This document shows, in pieces, positions 1-9,454 of a stretch of 32,000 nt of DNA. Source of the DNA: an uncultured Chloroflexia bacterium (GTDB taxonomy: Bacteria; Chloroflexota; Anaerolineae; Anaerolineales; Anaerolineaceae); the NCBI GenBank assembly GCA_963704755.1, contig OY969938.1, positions 2,190,001 through 2,222,000 on the forward strand, written 5' to 3'. The notes below the pieces were generated by a model. That model worked only from the letters and a program-made list of their open reading frames with translations. It ran no database searches and was not told the origin of the DNA. The position numbers were made by a program, and so were the translations under genes. How positions within the stretch are numbered: the stretch's first letter is position 1; each line of letters opens with the position of its first letter.

Positions 1-350
1 TCCGCCCGTAACCCAACAGAGGTAATACTGAGCGCAATATTGGGTTACGGGCAGAGCCTGGAATGTTACGCAATCCAGCAATTTATCGGCGTTCTGAATG
101 AGCCCGCAACCCAACCTACAGACTGTTAGCGATTAGCTCCTGTTCGTAGCCCGGCTTTCTAAGCCGGGGGGTAGCTGAACCTACCGGCCGGGAAAACCGC
201 GGCGTAGATTTTAGGGGAGGAATTTGTCTCTTCCCTCCAAATCGGTTTTTGATTTGAGCCCCTCTCCCAGAAGCGGGAGAGGGGCTGGGGTGAGGGCGAA
301 GCGCCGGCCAATACGCGAGTTCTTGACAGCCAACCGCTAATCGCCAATAG
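1..350. repeat. Mosaic of short hairpin-forming dispersed repeats (REP/MITE-like modules)
   Basis: Hairpin cccgtaaccca...tgggttacggg (5-51). gagcccgcaacccaacctac (about 100-119) is the reverse complement of a module in the 12497-13715 array. gtagcccggctttctaagccggg (about 146-168) matches the module-a hairpin of the 2691-4128 array. cccctctccc/gggagagggg hairpin plus ctggggtgagggc (about 256-297) recurs at 7281-7321. No credible ORF. Confidence 0.7.
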
Positions 351-382
351 CTAACAGCTACCCGCTAACCGCTATCAGCTAT

Positions 383-410
383 TTGACTTCCGCCCCGCTT
401 TTTCTATAAT
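383..410 (+). promoter_or_regulatory. Sigma70-like promoter for the protease-nuclease gene
   Basis: TTGACT (383-388), 16-nt spacer, TATAAT (405-410). GGGAGG Shine-Dalgarno lies just upstream of the ATG at 467. Confidence 0.6.
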
Positions 411-466
411 AAACGAAAACAAGCAACGATCCATAACCAGTACTTTTCGCTTATAGGGAGGCAGCC

Positions 467-2668
467 ATGCTCATCCATCCTGACGTCATCGCAGCAGCAG
501 AAAGGCGCATGCCGGCCGGGATGGCCGCGCCCGCCCCGCGCCGGGTCACCCCGGCCGCTGATTTATCCTTCGCTATCGCGCCTACCCCGGCGCCACCCCC
601 GCCGGTCGATACGGCTTCCTTCGCCGGGCGGGCGGCCAACCTGTCCTTCGGCGGCGCCCATCCCAGCACGATCGAGCTCGAGCGCCTGATCGGCAACAAC
701 GACCTGGTGGACGAGTTCTATCTCCAGCGCGCGCTGGTCGCCGCCGGGCCGGTGATGCGCATCACCTTGCGCGACCCGGCCGGCCGCGAGCGTGGCTGGG
801 CGACCGGGTTCATGGTCTCGCCCCACCTGCTGCTGACCAACTGGCACGTCTTCCCCAACCTGGATGAAGCCCAAAACGCCATCGCCGAGGCCAATTACGT
901 CCTGGATATCGCCGGCAACCCGGCACCCTCTTATCGCTTCGACGTCCACGCCGAACAGTATTACCTGGCCAATCAGCAGCTCGATTTTGCCCTGGTCGGC
1001 GTAACGCCGCTCGCCCAGGATGGCAGCACCCCGCTCAGCCGCTTTGGCTACCACCGCCTGGTAGCAGAGCCTAACAAGATCCGCGAAGGCGAATGTATCA
1101 CCATTATCGAGCACCCTGGCGGGGAGCGCCGCCAGTGCGCCATCCGCGAGAACAACCTGGTCAAAATTTTGGATCAGTTCCTCTGGTACCAGAGTGACAC
1201 CGCCCCTGGCTCATCCGGTGCGCCGGCCTTCAACGATTCGTTCCAGGTTGTCGCCCTGCACCACTCCGGGGCCGCCAAGCGGGATGAGGACGGCAAATAC
1301 GTGCTCAAAGACGGCAGCCTGCGCGATTCGTTGGACGGGGTGGACGAAAGCCAGGTAATCTGGGTGGCCAACGAAGGGCTGCGCATCAGCGTGCTGTGCA
1401 CCTACCTCCAGTCTACCCTCGACCCGGGCAAACCGGTCGAGCAGGAGCTGCTGCAAGCCATGCGCGGCGGGGACGTGCTGGCGGCTGCACTCAAAAATGC
1501 CGCTGTCACCCCCACCCCGGTCGAGGCCGGGCCGGCCCCTTCCGCCCCGGCGCATACCGACCTGCCGGCTGCTCCAGGTACTACCCTGACCATCCCCCTG
1601 CAACTGCAAATTTCGCTGGGCTGGGGCGGGCCGGTCGGGTTGACGGTCACGCCGCAGGCAGGCCAAACCCCGTCCAGCCTGAATCTCGCGCCGTCCGGCC
1701 TTATCGGCGAGGAAGCCCTGCGCTACCCGGTGGTGGACCGCGACTATTCCTCACGCACCGGCTACGACACCGGCTTCCTGGGGATCGATGCCCCGCTGCC
1801 CCAGGTCAGCGACACTTCCCTGGTGGCGGTCATGGCCGACGGGAAGTATGCCATCCCCTACGAACATTTCACCGTAGTGCTCAACAAAAAGCGCCGCCTG
1901 GCCTTGTTTACCGCCTCCAACGTGGATTACGCCCCGGCCAAACGCGAACCCGAGCCGGGCGATTACAGCCGCGACGGCCTGACCGGCCTTGGCCCGCACG
2001 ACCAGGAGAAATGGCTGACCGATCCGCGCATTCCCCAGTTGGACCAGTTGCCGGACGTTTTTTACACCAAAGACGGCGGCAGTTTCGACAAGGGCCACAT
2101 CGTCCGCCGCAACGACGTGTGCTGGGGCAGCACCCGCGCCCAGGTGGTGCGCGCCAACGGCGACACTTTTCACGTGACCAACTGCTCTCCCCAGGTGGCC
2201 GGGTTCAACCGCCCGACCAGCGGGGTGGACAACTGGGGCGACCTGGAGGTGGAAATTCAAAAGCAGAGCCAGGCCGAAAAGCACTGCATCCTGGCTGGCC
2301 CGATCCTGGCCGAGAGCGACCGCATCTTTGACGGCAAAGACGATTTTGGCCCGGTGCGCATTCAGATCCCGGTCCGCTTCTGGAAGGTCATCCTGGCCAA
2401 CGAGGAGGGTAAGCTGGCCGCTTACGGCTTTATCCTCCAGCAGGATCTGAGCAGTGTACCGGAAGAATTCAGCGTGAATGCTACCTGGAAGCCCTACCTG
2501 ATTGCGCTGGATACCCTGGAAGCCCAACTCAGCGGGTTCGTTTTTCCCCCGGAGATCCACAAAGCCGACCGCTCGGCAGTCAGTGCCGCGCGTAAGCTGG
2601 CCCGTTCCGCCGGTGCCGAAATACACCCCAGTTTGGAAAGGGACAAGCGCCCGCACCAGCCCAATTAA
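467..2668 (+). CDS. Fusion protein: N-terminal trypsin-like (chymotrypsin-fold) serine protease plus C-terminal DNA/RNA non-specific endonuclease (EndoG/NucA-like)
   Basis: 733-aa ORF with RBS. Protease triad contexts: LLLTNWHV (His), QLDFALVGV (Asp), DTAPGSSGAPAF (Ser). Nuclease motifs: FDKGHIVRRND (DRGH-type), TNCSPQVAGFN and NWGDLE. A Pro/Ala-rich linker joins the two halves. The N-terminus has no hydrophobic signal sequence. Confidence 0.85.
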   Translation: MLIHPDVIAAAERRMPAGMAAPAPRRVTPAADLSFAIAPTPAPPPPVDTASFAGRAANLSFGGAHPSTIELERLIGNNDLVDEFYLQRALVAAGPVMRITLRDPAGRERGWATGFMVSPHLLLTNWHVFPNLDEAQNAIAEANYVLDIAGNPAPSYRFDVHAEQYYLANQQLDFALVGVTPLAQDGSTPLSRFGYHRLVAEPNKIREGECITIIEHPGGERRQCAIRENNLVKILDQFLWYQSDTAPGSSGAPAFNDSFQVVALHHSGAAKRDEDGKYVLKDGSLRDSLDGVDESQVIWVANEGLRISVLCTYLQSTLDPGKPVEQELLQAMRGGDVLAAALKNAAVTPTPVEAGPAPSAPAHTDLPAAPGTTLTIPLQLQISLGWGGPVGLTVTPQAGQTPSSLNLAPSGLIGEEALRYPVVDRDYSSRTGYDTGFLGIDAPLPQVSDTSLVAVMADGKYAIPYEHFTVVLNKKRRLALFTASNVDYAPAKREPEPGDYSRDGLTGLGPHDQEKWLTDPRIPQLDQLPDVFYTKDGGSFDKGHIVRRNDVCWGSTRAQVVRANGDTFHVTNCSPQVAGFNRPTSGVDNWGDLEVEIQKQSQAEKHCILAGPILAESDRIFDGKDDFGPVRIQIPVRFWKVILANEEGKLAAYGFILQQDLSSVPEEFSVNATWKPYLIALDTLEAQLSGFVFPPEIHKADRSAVSAARKLARSAGAEIHPSLERDKRPHQPN

Positions 2669-2690
2669 TCCCCGGCCGGACTTAAGCCAC

Positions 2691-4128
2691 CCGTAGCCCG
2701 GCTTTCAAAGCCGGGAATGAGCTTGGCCGGCGCTGCCGACCGAACCGGTAGCAGCTAAAGCTGCACCTACAGGTACACAAAGACCCACCTGCGTGGGTCT
2801 CTATTCCGGCCCTGGCCGGCTCCATAACCAGAAATTTGTTTGGCCAGCGGTTCCTCGGGTTGGAAACCCGGGCTTTCTAAAGCAAGTTTCAATCAGGCGT
2901 TGAAGAGCGGGCTCGGTTCGGTCTGGAGACCGGCCCGATCGGCTGCCCGTAGCCCGGCTTTCAAAGCCGGGAATGAGCTTGGCCGTCCCTCCCTCGGGTT
3001 GGAAACCCGAGCTACCCTAGCGAAACGCTCCGGCTGGGCAGGCGTTTGCTTACCAAAGTGGATTCCTGTCAGGCATTGAAGAGCGGGCTCGGTCTGGAGA
3101 CTGGCCCGATCGGCTGCCCGTAGCCCGGCTTTCAAAGCCTGGAATGAGCTTGGCCGTCCCTCCCCTCGGGTTGGGAACCCGAGCTGCCTTACCGAAACGC
3201 TCCGGCTGGGCAGGCGTTTGCTTACCAAAGTAGATTCTCGTCAGGCGTTGAAGAGCGGGCTCGGTTTGGAGACTGGCCCGATCGGCTGCCCGTAGCCCGG
3301 CTTTCAAAGCCTGGAATGAGCTTGGCCGTCCCTCCCCTCGGGTTAGAAACCCGAGCTACCCTAGCGAAACGCTCCGGCTGGGCAGACGTTTGCTTACCAA
3401 AGTAGATTCCCGTCGGGCGTTGAAGAGCGGGCTCGGTCTGGAGACCGGCCCGATCGGCTGCCCGTAGCCCGGCTTTCAAAGCCGGGAATGAGCTTGGCCG
3501 GCCCTCCCCTCGGGTTGGAAACCCGAGCTACCCTAGCGAAACGCTCCGGCTGGGCAGGCGTTTGCTTACCAAAGTAGATTCCCGTCGGGCGTTGAAGAGC
3601 GGGCTCGGTCTGGAGACCGGCCCGATCGTCTGCCCGTAGCCCGGCTTTCAAAGCCGGGAATGAGCTTGGCCGGCCCTCCCCTCGGGTTGGAAACCCGAGC
3701 TACCCTAGCGAAACGCTCCGGCTGGGTAGGCGTTTGCTTACCAAAGTGGATTCCTGTCAGGCGTTGAAGAGCGGGCTCGGTCTGGAGACCGGCCCGATCG
3801 GCTGCCTGTAGCCCGGCTTTCAAAGCCGGGAATAAGCTTGGCCGGTGCTGCCGACCGAACCGGTAGCAGCTAAAGCTGCACCTACAGGTACACAAAGACC
3901 CACCTGCGTGGGTCTCCATTCCGGCCCTGGCCGGCTCCATAATCAGGAATTTGTTTGGCCAGCGGTTCCTCGGGTTGGAAACCCGGGCTTTCTAAAGCAA
4001 GTTTCAATCAGGCGTTGAAGAGCGGGCTCGGTCTGGAGACTGGCCCGATCGGCTGCCCGTAGCCCGGCTTTCAAAGCCGGGAATGAGCTTGGCCGGCCCT
4101 CCCCTCGGGTTGGAAACCCGAGCTACCA
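2691..4128. repeat. Tandem array of composite hairpin repeats: five 171-172-bp units flanked by two roughly 255-bp long-variant units and a terminal partial unit
   Basis: Unit starts (cccgtagcccgg) at 2691, 2946, 3117, 3289, 3461, 3633, 3805 and 4057. Each unit chains hairpins: cccggctttcaaagccggg; ctcgggtt-gga-aacccgag; aaacgc..gcgttt; cgggctcggtc-tgga-gaccggcccg. The long variants (2691-2945, 3805-4056) add agacccac-ctgc-gtgggtct and gctgc..gcagc hairpins. Confidence 0.9.
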
Positions 4129-4244
4129 CCCCTAAACCTCACGCCGGATAAGTTGTTTGCGGCTCAACGCGAAGACTGAAACACCGAAAAACGGGAACAC
4201 TGAAACACTTTTGACACCCGACACTTGACACGAATAGCTCTGCC

Positions 4245-4272
4245 TTGACAAACCCCTCCCAGCCCATATAAT
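4245..4272 (+). promoter_or_regulatory. Sigma70-like promoter for the 4346 membrane-protein gene
   Basis: TTGACA (4245-4250), 16-nt spacer, TATAAT (4267-4272). AAGGAGG RBS precedes the ATG at 4346. Confidence 0.6.
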
Positions 4273-4345
4273 CAGAAATTGGGCAGCAACACGTTCGCTG
4301 ATTTGCGCGGTTTGCGAGCCCGGTCTTTCACCAAGGAGGAATTCG

Positions 4346-4828
4346 ATGTCCACTTTGAATCTGGTCCTGGATACACTGCATAATCTCAACCGTTGGGTTA
4401 TTCTGGTCGTTGGGCTGATCGTCATCGTCCGCGGATTCACCGGCTGGTTTGGCAAACGGCGCTTCAACGCGGCCGATAATCGCTACGGAACGATCTTCAC
4501 CGCCGTCCTGGGAATACAATTCCTGCTCGGGGCTATTCTCTACTTTACCAAAGGCTGGTCAACGGTGATCGCCTCCGGCTTTGCCACCGCCATGAAAAAT
4601 GAGACTCTGCGTTTCTTCACCGTCGAGCATGTGGTCATGATGATCGTCGCCATCGGCGTGGCCAACATGGCGCGTTCGCTTTCGCGCAAGGCCAGCACGG
4701 ACAAGGCCAAACACCAGCGGGCAGCCATTGGCTACTTGCTTTCGATAATCATCATCCTGGCCGCCATCCCCTGGCCCGGGGCTCCCTATGGCCGGCCGCT
4801 GCTGCGCCTGTTCGGCCTTTCGATTTGA
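4346..4828 (+). CDS. Hypothetical integral membrane protein (about 4 TM helices)
   Basis: 160-aa ORF with a strong AAGGAGG RBS and four hydrophobic segments. No family recognised by eye. Confidence 0.75.
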   Translation: MSTLNLVLDTLHNLNRWVILVVGLIVIVRGFTGWFGKRRFNAADNRYGTIFTAVLGIQFLLGAILYFTKGWSTVIASGFATAMKNETLRFFTVEHVVMMIVAIGVANMARSLSRKASTDKAKHQRAAIGYLLSIIIILAAIPWPGAPYGRPLLRLFGLSI

Positions 4829-4839
4829 GACCTTCGGAT

Positions 4840-4883
4840 ATATAGTATATGGGGCCGGCATAAGCCGGCCCCATATACTATAT
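4840..4883 (+). terminator. 20-bp perfect-stem hairpin downstream of the 4346 gene
   Basis: atatagtatatggggccggc-ataa-gccggccccatatactatat, followed by a T-containing tract. Confidence 0.6.
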
Positions 4884-4894
4884 ATCTCTTATAA

Positions 4895-4920
4895 GTAACT
4901 GCTCAGGCCTGAGCAGTTAC
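4895..4920 (-). terminator. 13-bp perfect palindrome immediately after the HAD gene stop
   Basis: gtaactgctcagg/cctgagcagttac sits 2 nt from the stop codon of the convergent minus-strand gene. Confidence 0.5.
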
Positions 4921-4922
4921 TC

Positions 4923-5684
4923 TTACAACTCGATTTCGGCCACCGAGGTGAACACGCGCTGCGGCTGGTAGGGGAAACTTTCGATCATATCCCGGCTGGT
5001 GACGCCGCTCAAAACCAGGTTCGTGCCCAGCCCGGACTGGATCCCGGCGACCATATCGGTATCCATGCGGTCGCCGATCATGACTGTGTTCTCCGAATGG
5101 ACTCCCAGGTAATTCAGCGCGGCCCGCATCATAAACGGGTTGGGTTTGCCGATGAAGAACGGCGCCCGCCCGGTAGCCCGTTCCACCAGGGCGGCCATGG
5201 CGCCGCAGGCCGGCACGATGCCCTGGTCACTTGGGCCGTTGGGGTCCGGGTTGGTAGCGATGAAACGCGCACCGGCAGCCACCAGGCGGACCGCCTTGGT
5301 GATCATCTCGATGCTGTAGTTGAAAGTTTCGCCCAGGACGACGTAGTCCGGGTCAAAATCGGTCTGGATATAGCCGGTTTCGTGCAGGGCCACCTGCAAG
5401 CCGGTCTCGCCGACCACAAAGGCTTTGCCGTTCGGTTTTTGGATTTGCATAAACCGAGCGGTAGCCATGGCCGAGGTAAAAATTTCTTCTTTATCGATGG
5501 TCAGCCCGGCGCGCTGCAAGCGGTGCGCCAGGTCAACCGGGGTATACAAAGAGTTGTTGGTCAGGACCAGAAATTTAATGCCTTTTTTGTGCAGGCGTTC
5601 GATGAAACTATCCGCGCCCGGCACCATAACCTGCCCGCTAACCAGCACTCCGTCCATGTCAATTAAGTAATTATTTTTTTCCAA
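4923..5684 (-). CDS. HAD-superfamily subfamily IIA phosphatase (NagD-like)
   Basis: DxD motif in YLIDMDGVL, plus LTNNS, the C-terminal GKP and GDRMDTD motifs. I chose the TTG at 5684 because GGAGGAG lies 7 nt upstream and it gives the usual short N-terminus ([12 protein letters not shown]). The ORF track's longer form (TTG at 5771) adds 29 atypical residues. Confidence 0.85.
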   Translation of the reverse strand: MEKNNYLIDMDGVLVSGQVMVPGADSFIERLHKKGIKFLVLTNNSLYTPVDLAHRLQRAGLTIDKEEIFTSAMATARFMQIQKPNGKAFVVGETGLQVALHETGYIQTDFDPDYVVLGETFNYSIEMITKAVRLVAAGARFIATNPDPNGPSDQGIVPACGAMAALVERATGRAPFFIGKPNPFMMRAALNYLGVHSENTVMIGDRMDTDMVAGIQSGLGTNLVLSGVTSRDMIESFPYQPQRVFTSVAEIEL

Positions 5685-6124
5685 GGTGCTGCTCCTCCAG
5701 GCAATGATTGCGCTTTTCCAATGTGAAGGTTTTAAAGAAAGGTCTTTCGAAAGAGGTATACACTTCTGCAAACAACACTTTCCCCATCGTCCTCCAAAGT
5801 TTATGCGATTGCCTGAGTCAGTATGATGGTCCGCTGCTCCTCGATTTGCCCGGCAGCGAAATTTTCTCCCGCCCCGGACTGAGCAGTCACGACGGTCAAA
5901 TTATAGCCTGTTCGAAACTAAAAACGGACTATTGAAATGTGTTTTTTAAATTATAGTGCAATCATTCTGGAGAATATGCTCTCCGCGTATTTTCTTTGTG
6001 ACTATTCGGGCTCATGGTAAGGAAGGGGCTGTCTAGAAAGGAATGGGCAGCCCCACACCTCAATTTAGGATCTCTTCCATAAGGTTGAACAAGTCAAAAA
6101 TCTGTGGGCTCCCTGCCTAATCAA

Positions 6125-7111
6125 CTAAACCACGAACGGCATTTCCAGCATCACCACATCCATCAGCAGGCGCGTATTGAGGTTGGCATCCAGCCCTTCC
6201 AGGGCCTGTTCCAGGGCAGCCACGCGGGCGTAGGCTGCGCCAAACCCAACCTGCCCGCCAATGTGGGCGATCTCGGCCCGGCGTTCCAGGTAGGTCAGCG
6301 GCGAAGCCGCTCCGCAGGCACTCAACATCACGTCACGCCAGTACACCAGCCAGGCCAACAGCACCTCGCGCAGTTGTTCTTTATCCTTCGATAACTTCTC
6401 CGAAAGGGCAAAACGCTCCACGCGGGAACTCCCCAGGGTCTTGACCAGGTCGTCCAGCCAGCCCTGCTGCACCGCCAGCGTCTCTGGCTCGTGGATCAGG
6501 CGTAAGGCCGTGCCCGGGCGCCCGCCGGACAGGTGCGCCAGGGTCTGCGCCTGCCCGCTCTCCACCTGGGTGCGCGCCTGCAAGGTTTCTGCCAGGGCGT
6601 CCACGGGGACGGGGCGGATGCGCAGCACCTCACAGCGGGAGGTGATCGTCGGCAGCAAGTTCTCCGGGCTGTCGGCGGTCAGCAGCAAGATAACCCGCCC
6701 GGGCGGCTCCTCGAGCGTTTTGAGCAGGGCGTTCTGGGCGCTGTCGGTGGCCTGCTCGAAGTTGAGCAGCAGGGCAATCCGGTAGTGCGATTCGTAAGGC
6801 GAAAGCGACAGGCTGTGCTGCAGCTCGCGGATCTGTTCGACTTTGATCGTCCGGCTGCTGTCGGCCTGCACCAGGCTCAGGTCGGCCTGCTGCATGGCGG
6901 CGGTCTGCCGGCAAATACGGCACTCGCCGCATGGCTCGCCCGGGCTGGGCGGCTGGGTGCAGTTGAGCGCCTGGGCAAACCGCAGCGCCAGCGAACGCCG
7001 GCCTACCCCGGCCGGCCCGCTGAACAGGTAAGCCTGGCGGGTTTCCTGGCGCATAATATGCTGCTTGAGCAGGTCAACGGCCCACTCCTGGCCAATCATA
7101 TCCCAATCCAT
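6125..7111 (-). CDS. holB: DNA polymerase III delta-prime subunit
   Basis: AAA+ clamp-loader features: YLFSGPAGVGRRSLA (P-loop-like), Zn module CGECRICR, LLLTA and SRC (TSRCEV). The start is uncertain: ATG at 7111 or 7099. The ORF-track start at 7162 looks like an over-extension. Confidence 0.85.
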   Translation of the reverse strand: MDWDMIGQEWAVDLLKQHIMRQETRQAYLFSGPAGVGRRSLALRFAQALNCTQPPSPGEPCGECRICRQTAAMQQADLSLVQADSSRTIKVEQIRELQHSLSLSPYESHYRIALLLNFEQATDSAQNALLKTLEEPPGRVILLLTADSPENLLPTITSRCEVLRIRPVPVDALAETLQARTQVESGQAQTLAHLSGGRPGTALRLIHEPETLAVQQGWLDDLVKTLGSSRVERFALSEKLSKDKEQLREVLLAWLVYWRDVMLSACGAASPLTYLERRAEIAHIGGQVGFGAAYARVAALEQALEGLDANLNTRLLMDVVMLEMPFVV

Positions 7112-7169
7112 GCCAGGGATTGTACTTGAAGGGGCAGGAATTGGCAACCAGATTGCAACCATAGATGGG

Positions 7170-7186
7170 CACGGATGGACACAGAT
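7170..7186. repeat. Solo copy of the CACGGATGGACACAGAT motif family
   Basis: cacggatggacacagat also occurs at 15405-15422. It is related to the aaccacggag(g/a)cac(g/a)gag motifs flanking the GxxExxY gene (17525-17905, 18463-18486). Confidence 0.6.
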
Positions 7187-7280
7187 AATAAATTTGGGCT
7201 TATCTGGCCAGCAGCACCCCTTACCTGGCCTCTCCCCGAAAGGGCGAGGGATTTTGCCGTAGCCTGATGATTATATTCTG

Positions 7281-7459
7281 AACCCCTCTCCTGTTTCTGG
7301 GAGAGGAGTTGGGGTGAGGGCACGGCGCAAGCCTGTGCTGAAGCCGGATTTGCGCCGAAGAGCGGGCTCGGTCTGGAGACCGGCCCGATCACCGTTAATG
7401 GTCTCGTTTGTGATCCGCATATTCATCTCCATACCCCCCGGCTTTGAAAGCCGGGCTAC
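7281..7459. repeat. Intergenic patch of dispersed hairpin modules
   Basis: cccctctcc..ggagagg + ggggtgagggc (7281-7321) as at 256-297. gaagagcgggctcggtctggagaccggcccgatc (7357-7390) equals module d of the 172-bp array. ccccccggctttgaaagccgggctac (7434-7459) equals module a in array-2 form. Confidence 0.75.
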
Positions 7460-7561
7460 TGGAACACTGAATCACTGTACCAGCTCCCCTGACACCCGAC
7501 ACTTGACACTTTCCTCCCCCATCTTCTTGTAGCTTCCGGTTCCCTATGTTAAACTGGACGT

Positions 7562-9451
7562 ATGTCGGTTGAAAACCCGATGCTCCAGGAAGCAATCAGT
7601 GCCATAGGACAGGGAGACCGGGCCCACGCCCGTGACCTGCTCACGCGCATGCTGCGCAACGACAAGGACAACCCGGACTGCTGGCTGTGGATGAGCGCTG
7701 TGGTGGAAACGCCTAAAGAGCGCATCTACTGCCTGAAGGAAGTACTGCGCATCGACCCGGAAAACCAGGTTGCCCGGCGCGGGCTGACTCTGTTCGGGGC
7801 CGCCCCGCTGGATAAAAGCCTGATCGTTCCGGCCAACCTTCAGCACCGCAGTTGGCAGGTCAAGATCGAAAAGTCGACTGAACCCCGTCCGCCAGTCTCC
7901 TGGCGGCGAGTGAGCATGTACGGGCTGGCCGGGGTGATGGTCATTGTCCTGTTTGCGGTCGGTATTTTCGGGACCCGGCTGGTCCGCCAACACCAGAGCG
8001 ATAATTTGCCCACCATCTCCTACCGGCCGCTCGACAGCGCCACACCGGTATCGGCCCTGGCCGAAAGGGTCAGCGATACCCCCACTTTGCTGGCACCTAC
8101 CGCACCCTGGGATGCACTTCAAGCCACCTACACACCCACGCCTGCCTACGGGCGTACCCCACACCCGGTGATCGAGGCCTATTCGATCGGCCTGCGTGCG
8201 TACGACCGAGGCGATTGGGCCACTGCCATTCCTTACTTCCAACAAGTGATCAACTCAGATCCCAACGCGGCAGACATGTATTACCTGATGGGCGAGGCCT
8301 ACCGCGTCGAGGGCAACGACAGCCAGGCCGTCTCGGCTTATAACTCCGCCCTGCACGTCAACAGTGATTACGCGCCGGCCTACCTGGGGTTGGTCCGCGC
8401 CGGCATGGACGATGGCAGCCTGGCTCCCTCCGACGCTTACAAGGATTTACAAACCGCCATCCAGCTCGACCCCGACCTGGCCGAGGCTTACCTGGAAATG
8501 GCTTCCCTGGACCTGAATGCGGCCCGGTACGACGATGCCGCCAACGACCTGTCCAAAGCCGCCGACCTGCTGCCGAATTCACCACTGGTGTATCTGTACC
8601 GTGCCCAATTGGAACTGGCCCAGCAGGAATACAACCAGGCCGTGACCGACGCCACCCGGGCCAACCAGTTGGATGTCACCCTGCTGCCGGCCTACCTGGA
8701 CCTGGGGCAGGCGCTCCAGGGTGCCGGCCAGATGGCCGCATCCATTGTGCCTCTGGAGATCTACACCCGCTACATCGACCCGCCCAGCCTGACCGCGCTC
8801 ATCAGCCTGGGCCAGGCCTACGCCGCTGCCGGCAACAACGATTCCGCACTGGCTGCCTTTAGCCAGGCCTTGGAGATCAACCCGCAAAATTTCGACGCCC
8901 TGATGCAGCGCGGCGCGCTGTATTTGCGGACCGGCCAGGCGCAGGAAGCCCTGGCGGATTTTGAAGATGCCCTGGCCCTGCAAAAAGATTCCTTCGATGC
9001 CGCCATGGCCCGCGCGCAGGCCTTGTTGGACCTGGACGAATATGGGGATGCCTACGTCCAGTTGAACAAAGCCGAAGGCGGCGCTAAAACAAACGAGCAA
9101 AAAGCCGAACTGTATTATTACCGCGCCCAATCGCTGGAAACACTCAACGCCTCGGCGTCGATCAACGACTGGGAACGCCTGCTGAGCCTGCCACCCGGAA
9201 CAGCCTCGCAAAGCTGGCTGGCCCAGGCCGAAGCCCATATCCAGGCTTTATATACCCCCACGGTAACCAGCTCGCCCAGTCGAACCCCCACGATCACCCC
9301 CACGCCGGTGCCCTCCCGCACGCCCACGGTAACCCGTACCGTGGCAGCCTCCCGTACGGCTACTGCCACGCGCACGCTCGTGCCCAGCGCAACCAATACC
9401 CTGCCTTCGGCCACGCGCACCCCGCTCGCCAGCCCCACCCGGACCCCTTGA
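7562..9451 (+). CDS. Membrane-anchored tetratricopeptide-repeat (TPR) protein with Pro/Thr-rich C-terminal tail
   Basis: 629-aa ORF with one TM segment (VSMYGLAGVMVIVLFAVGIFG). Many TPR-like A/Y/L repeats (YYLMGEAYR, AYLGLVRA, AYLEMASL and others). The last roughly 65 aa are TPT/SRTPT low complexity. Confidence 0.85.
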   Translation: MSVENPMLQEAISAIGQGDRAHARDLLTRMLRNDKDNPDCWLWMSAVVETPKERIYCLKEVLRIDPENQVARRGLTLFGAAPLDKSLIVPANLQHRSWQVKIEKSTEPRPPVSWRRVSMYGLAGVMVIVLFAVGIFGTRLVRQHQSDNLPTISYRPLDSATPVSALAERVSDTPTLLAPTAPWDALQATYTPTPAYGRTPHPVIEAYSIGLRAYDRGDWATAIPYFQQVINSDPNAADMYYLMGEAYRVEGNDSQAVSAYNSALHVNSDYAPAYLGLVRAGMDDGSLAPSDAYKDLQTAIQLDPDLAEAYLEMASLDLNAARYDDAANDLSKAADLLPNSPLVYLYRAQLELAQQEYNQAVTDATRANQLDVTLLPAYLDLGQALQGAGQMAASIVPLEIYTRYIDPPSLTALISLGQAYAAAGNNDSALAAFSQALEINPQNFDALMQRGALYLRTGQAQEALADFEDALALQKDSFDAAMARAQALLDLDEYGDAYVQLNKAEGGAKTNEQKAELYYYRAQSLETLNASASINDWERLLSLPPGTASQSWLAQAEAHIQALYTPTVTSSPSRTPTITPTPVPSRTPTVTRTVAASRTATATRTLVPSATNTLPSATRTPLASPTRTP

Positions 9452-9454
9452 GCC

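Noticed and set aside
3050-3940. Series of near-identical 85-aa minus-strand ORFs (3050-3307, 3222-3479, 3394-3651, and 3566-3940) that might suggest a repeat-protein gene
   Set aside because: They are spaced by the 172-bp repeat period, which is not a multiple of 3, so successive ORFs overlap each other in different frames. The sequences are Arg/Gly/Pro/Ala-rich readings of hairpin repeats, with no RBS. They are artefacts of the tandem array.
2691-4128. Possible CRISPR array (regular short palindromic repeats)
   Set aside because: There are no unique spacers: the whole 172-bp unit repeats, including the sequence between hairpins. No cas genes or leader are present. The same applies to 12497-13715.
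5685-5771. Longer N-terminus for the HAD phosphatase (ORF-track start at 5771)
   Set aside because: That start is itself a TTG without a clear SD and adds 29 atypical residues before the DxD motif. The TTG at 5684 has a GGAGGAG SD at ideal spacing. The longer form cannot be fully excluded.
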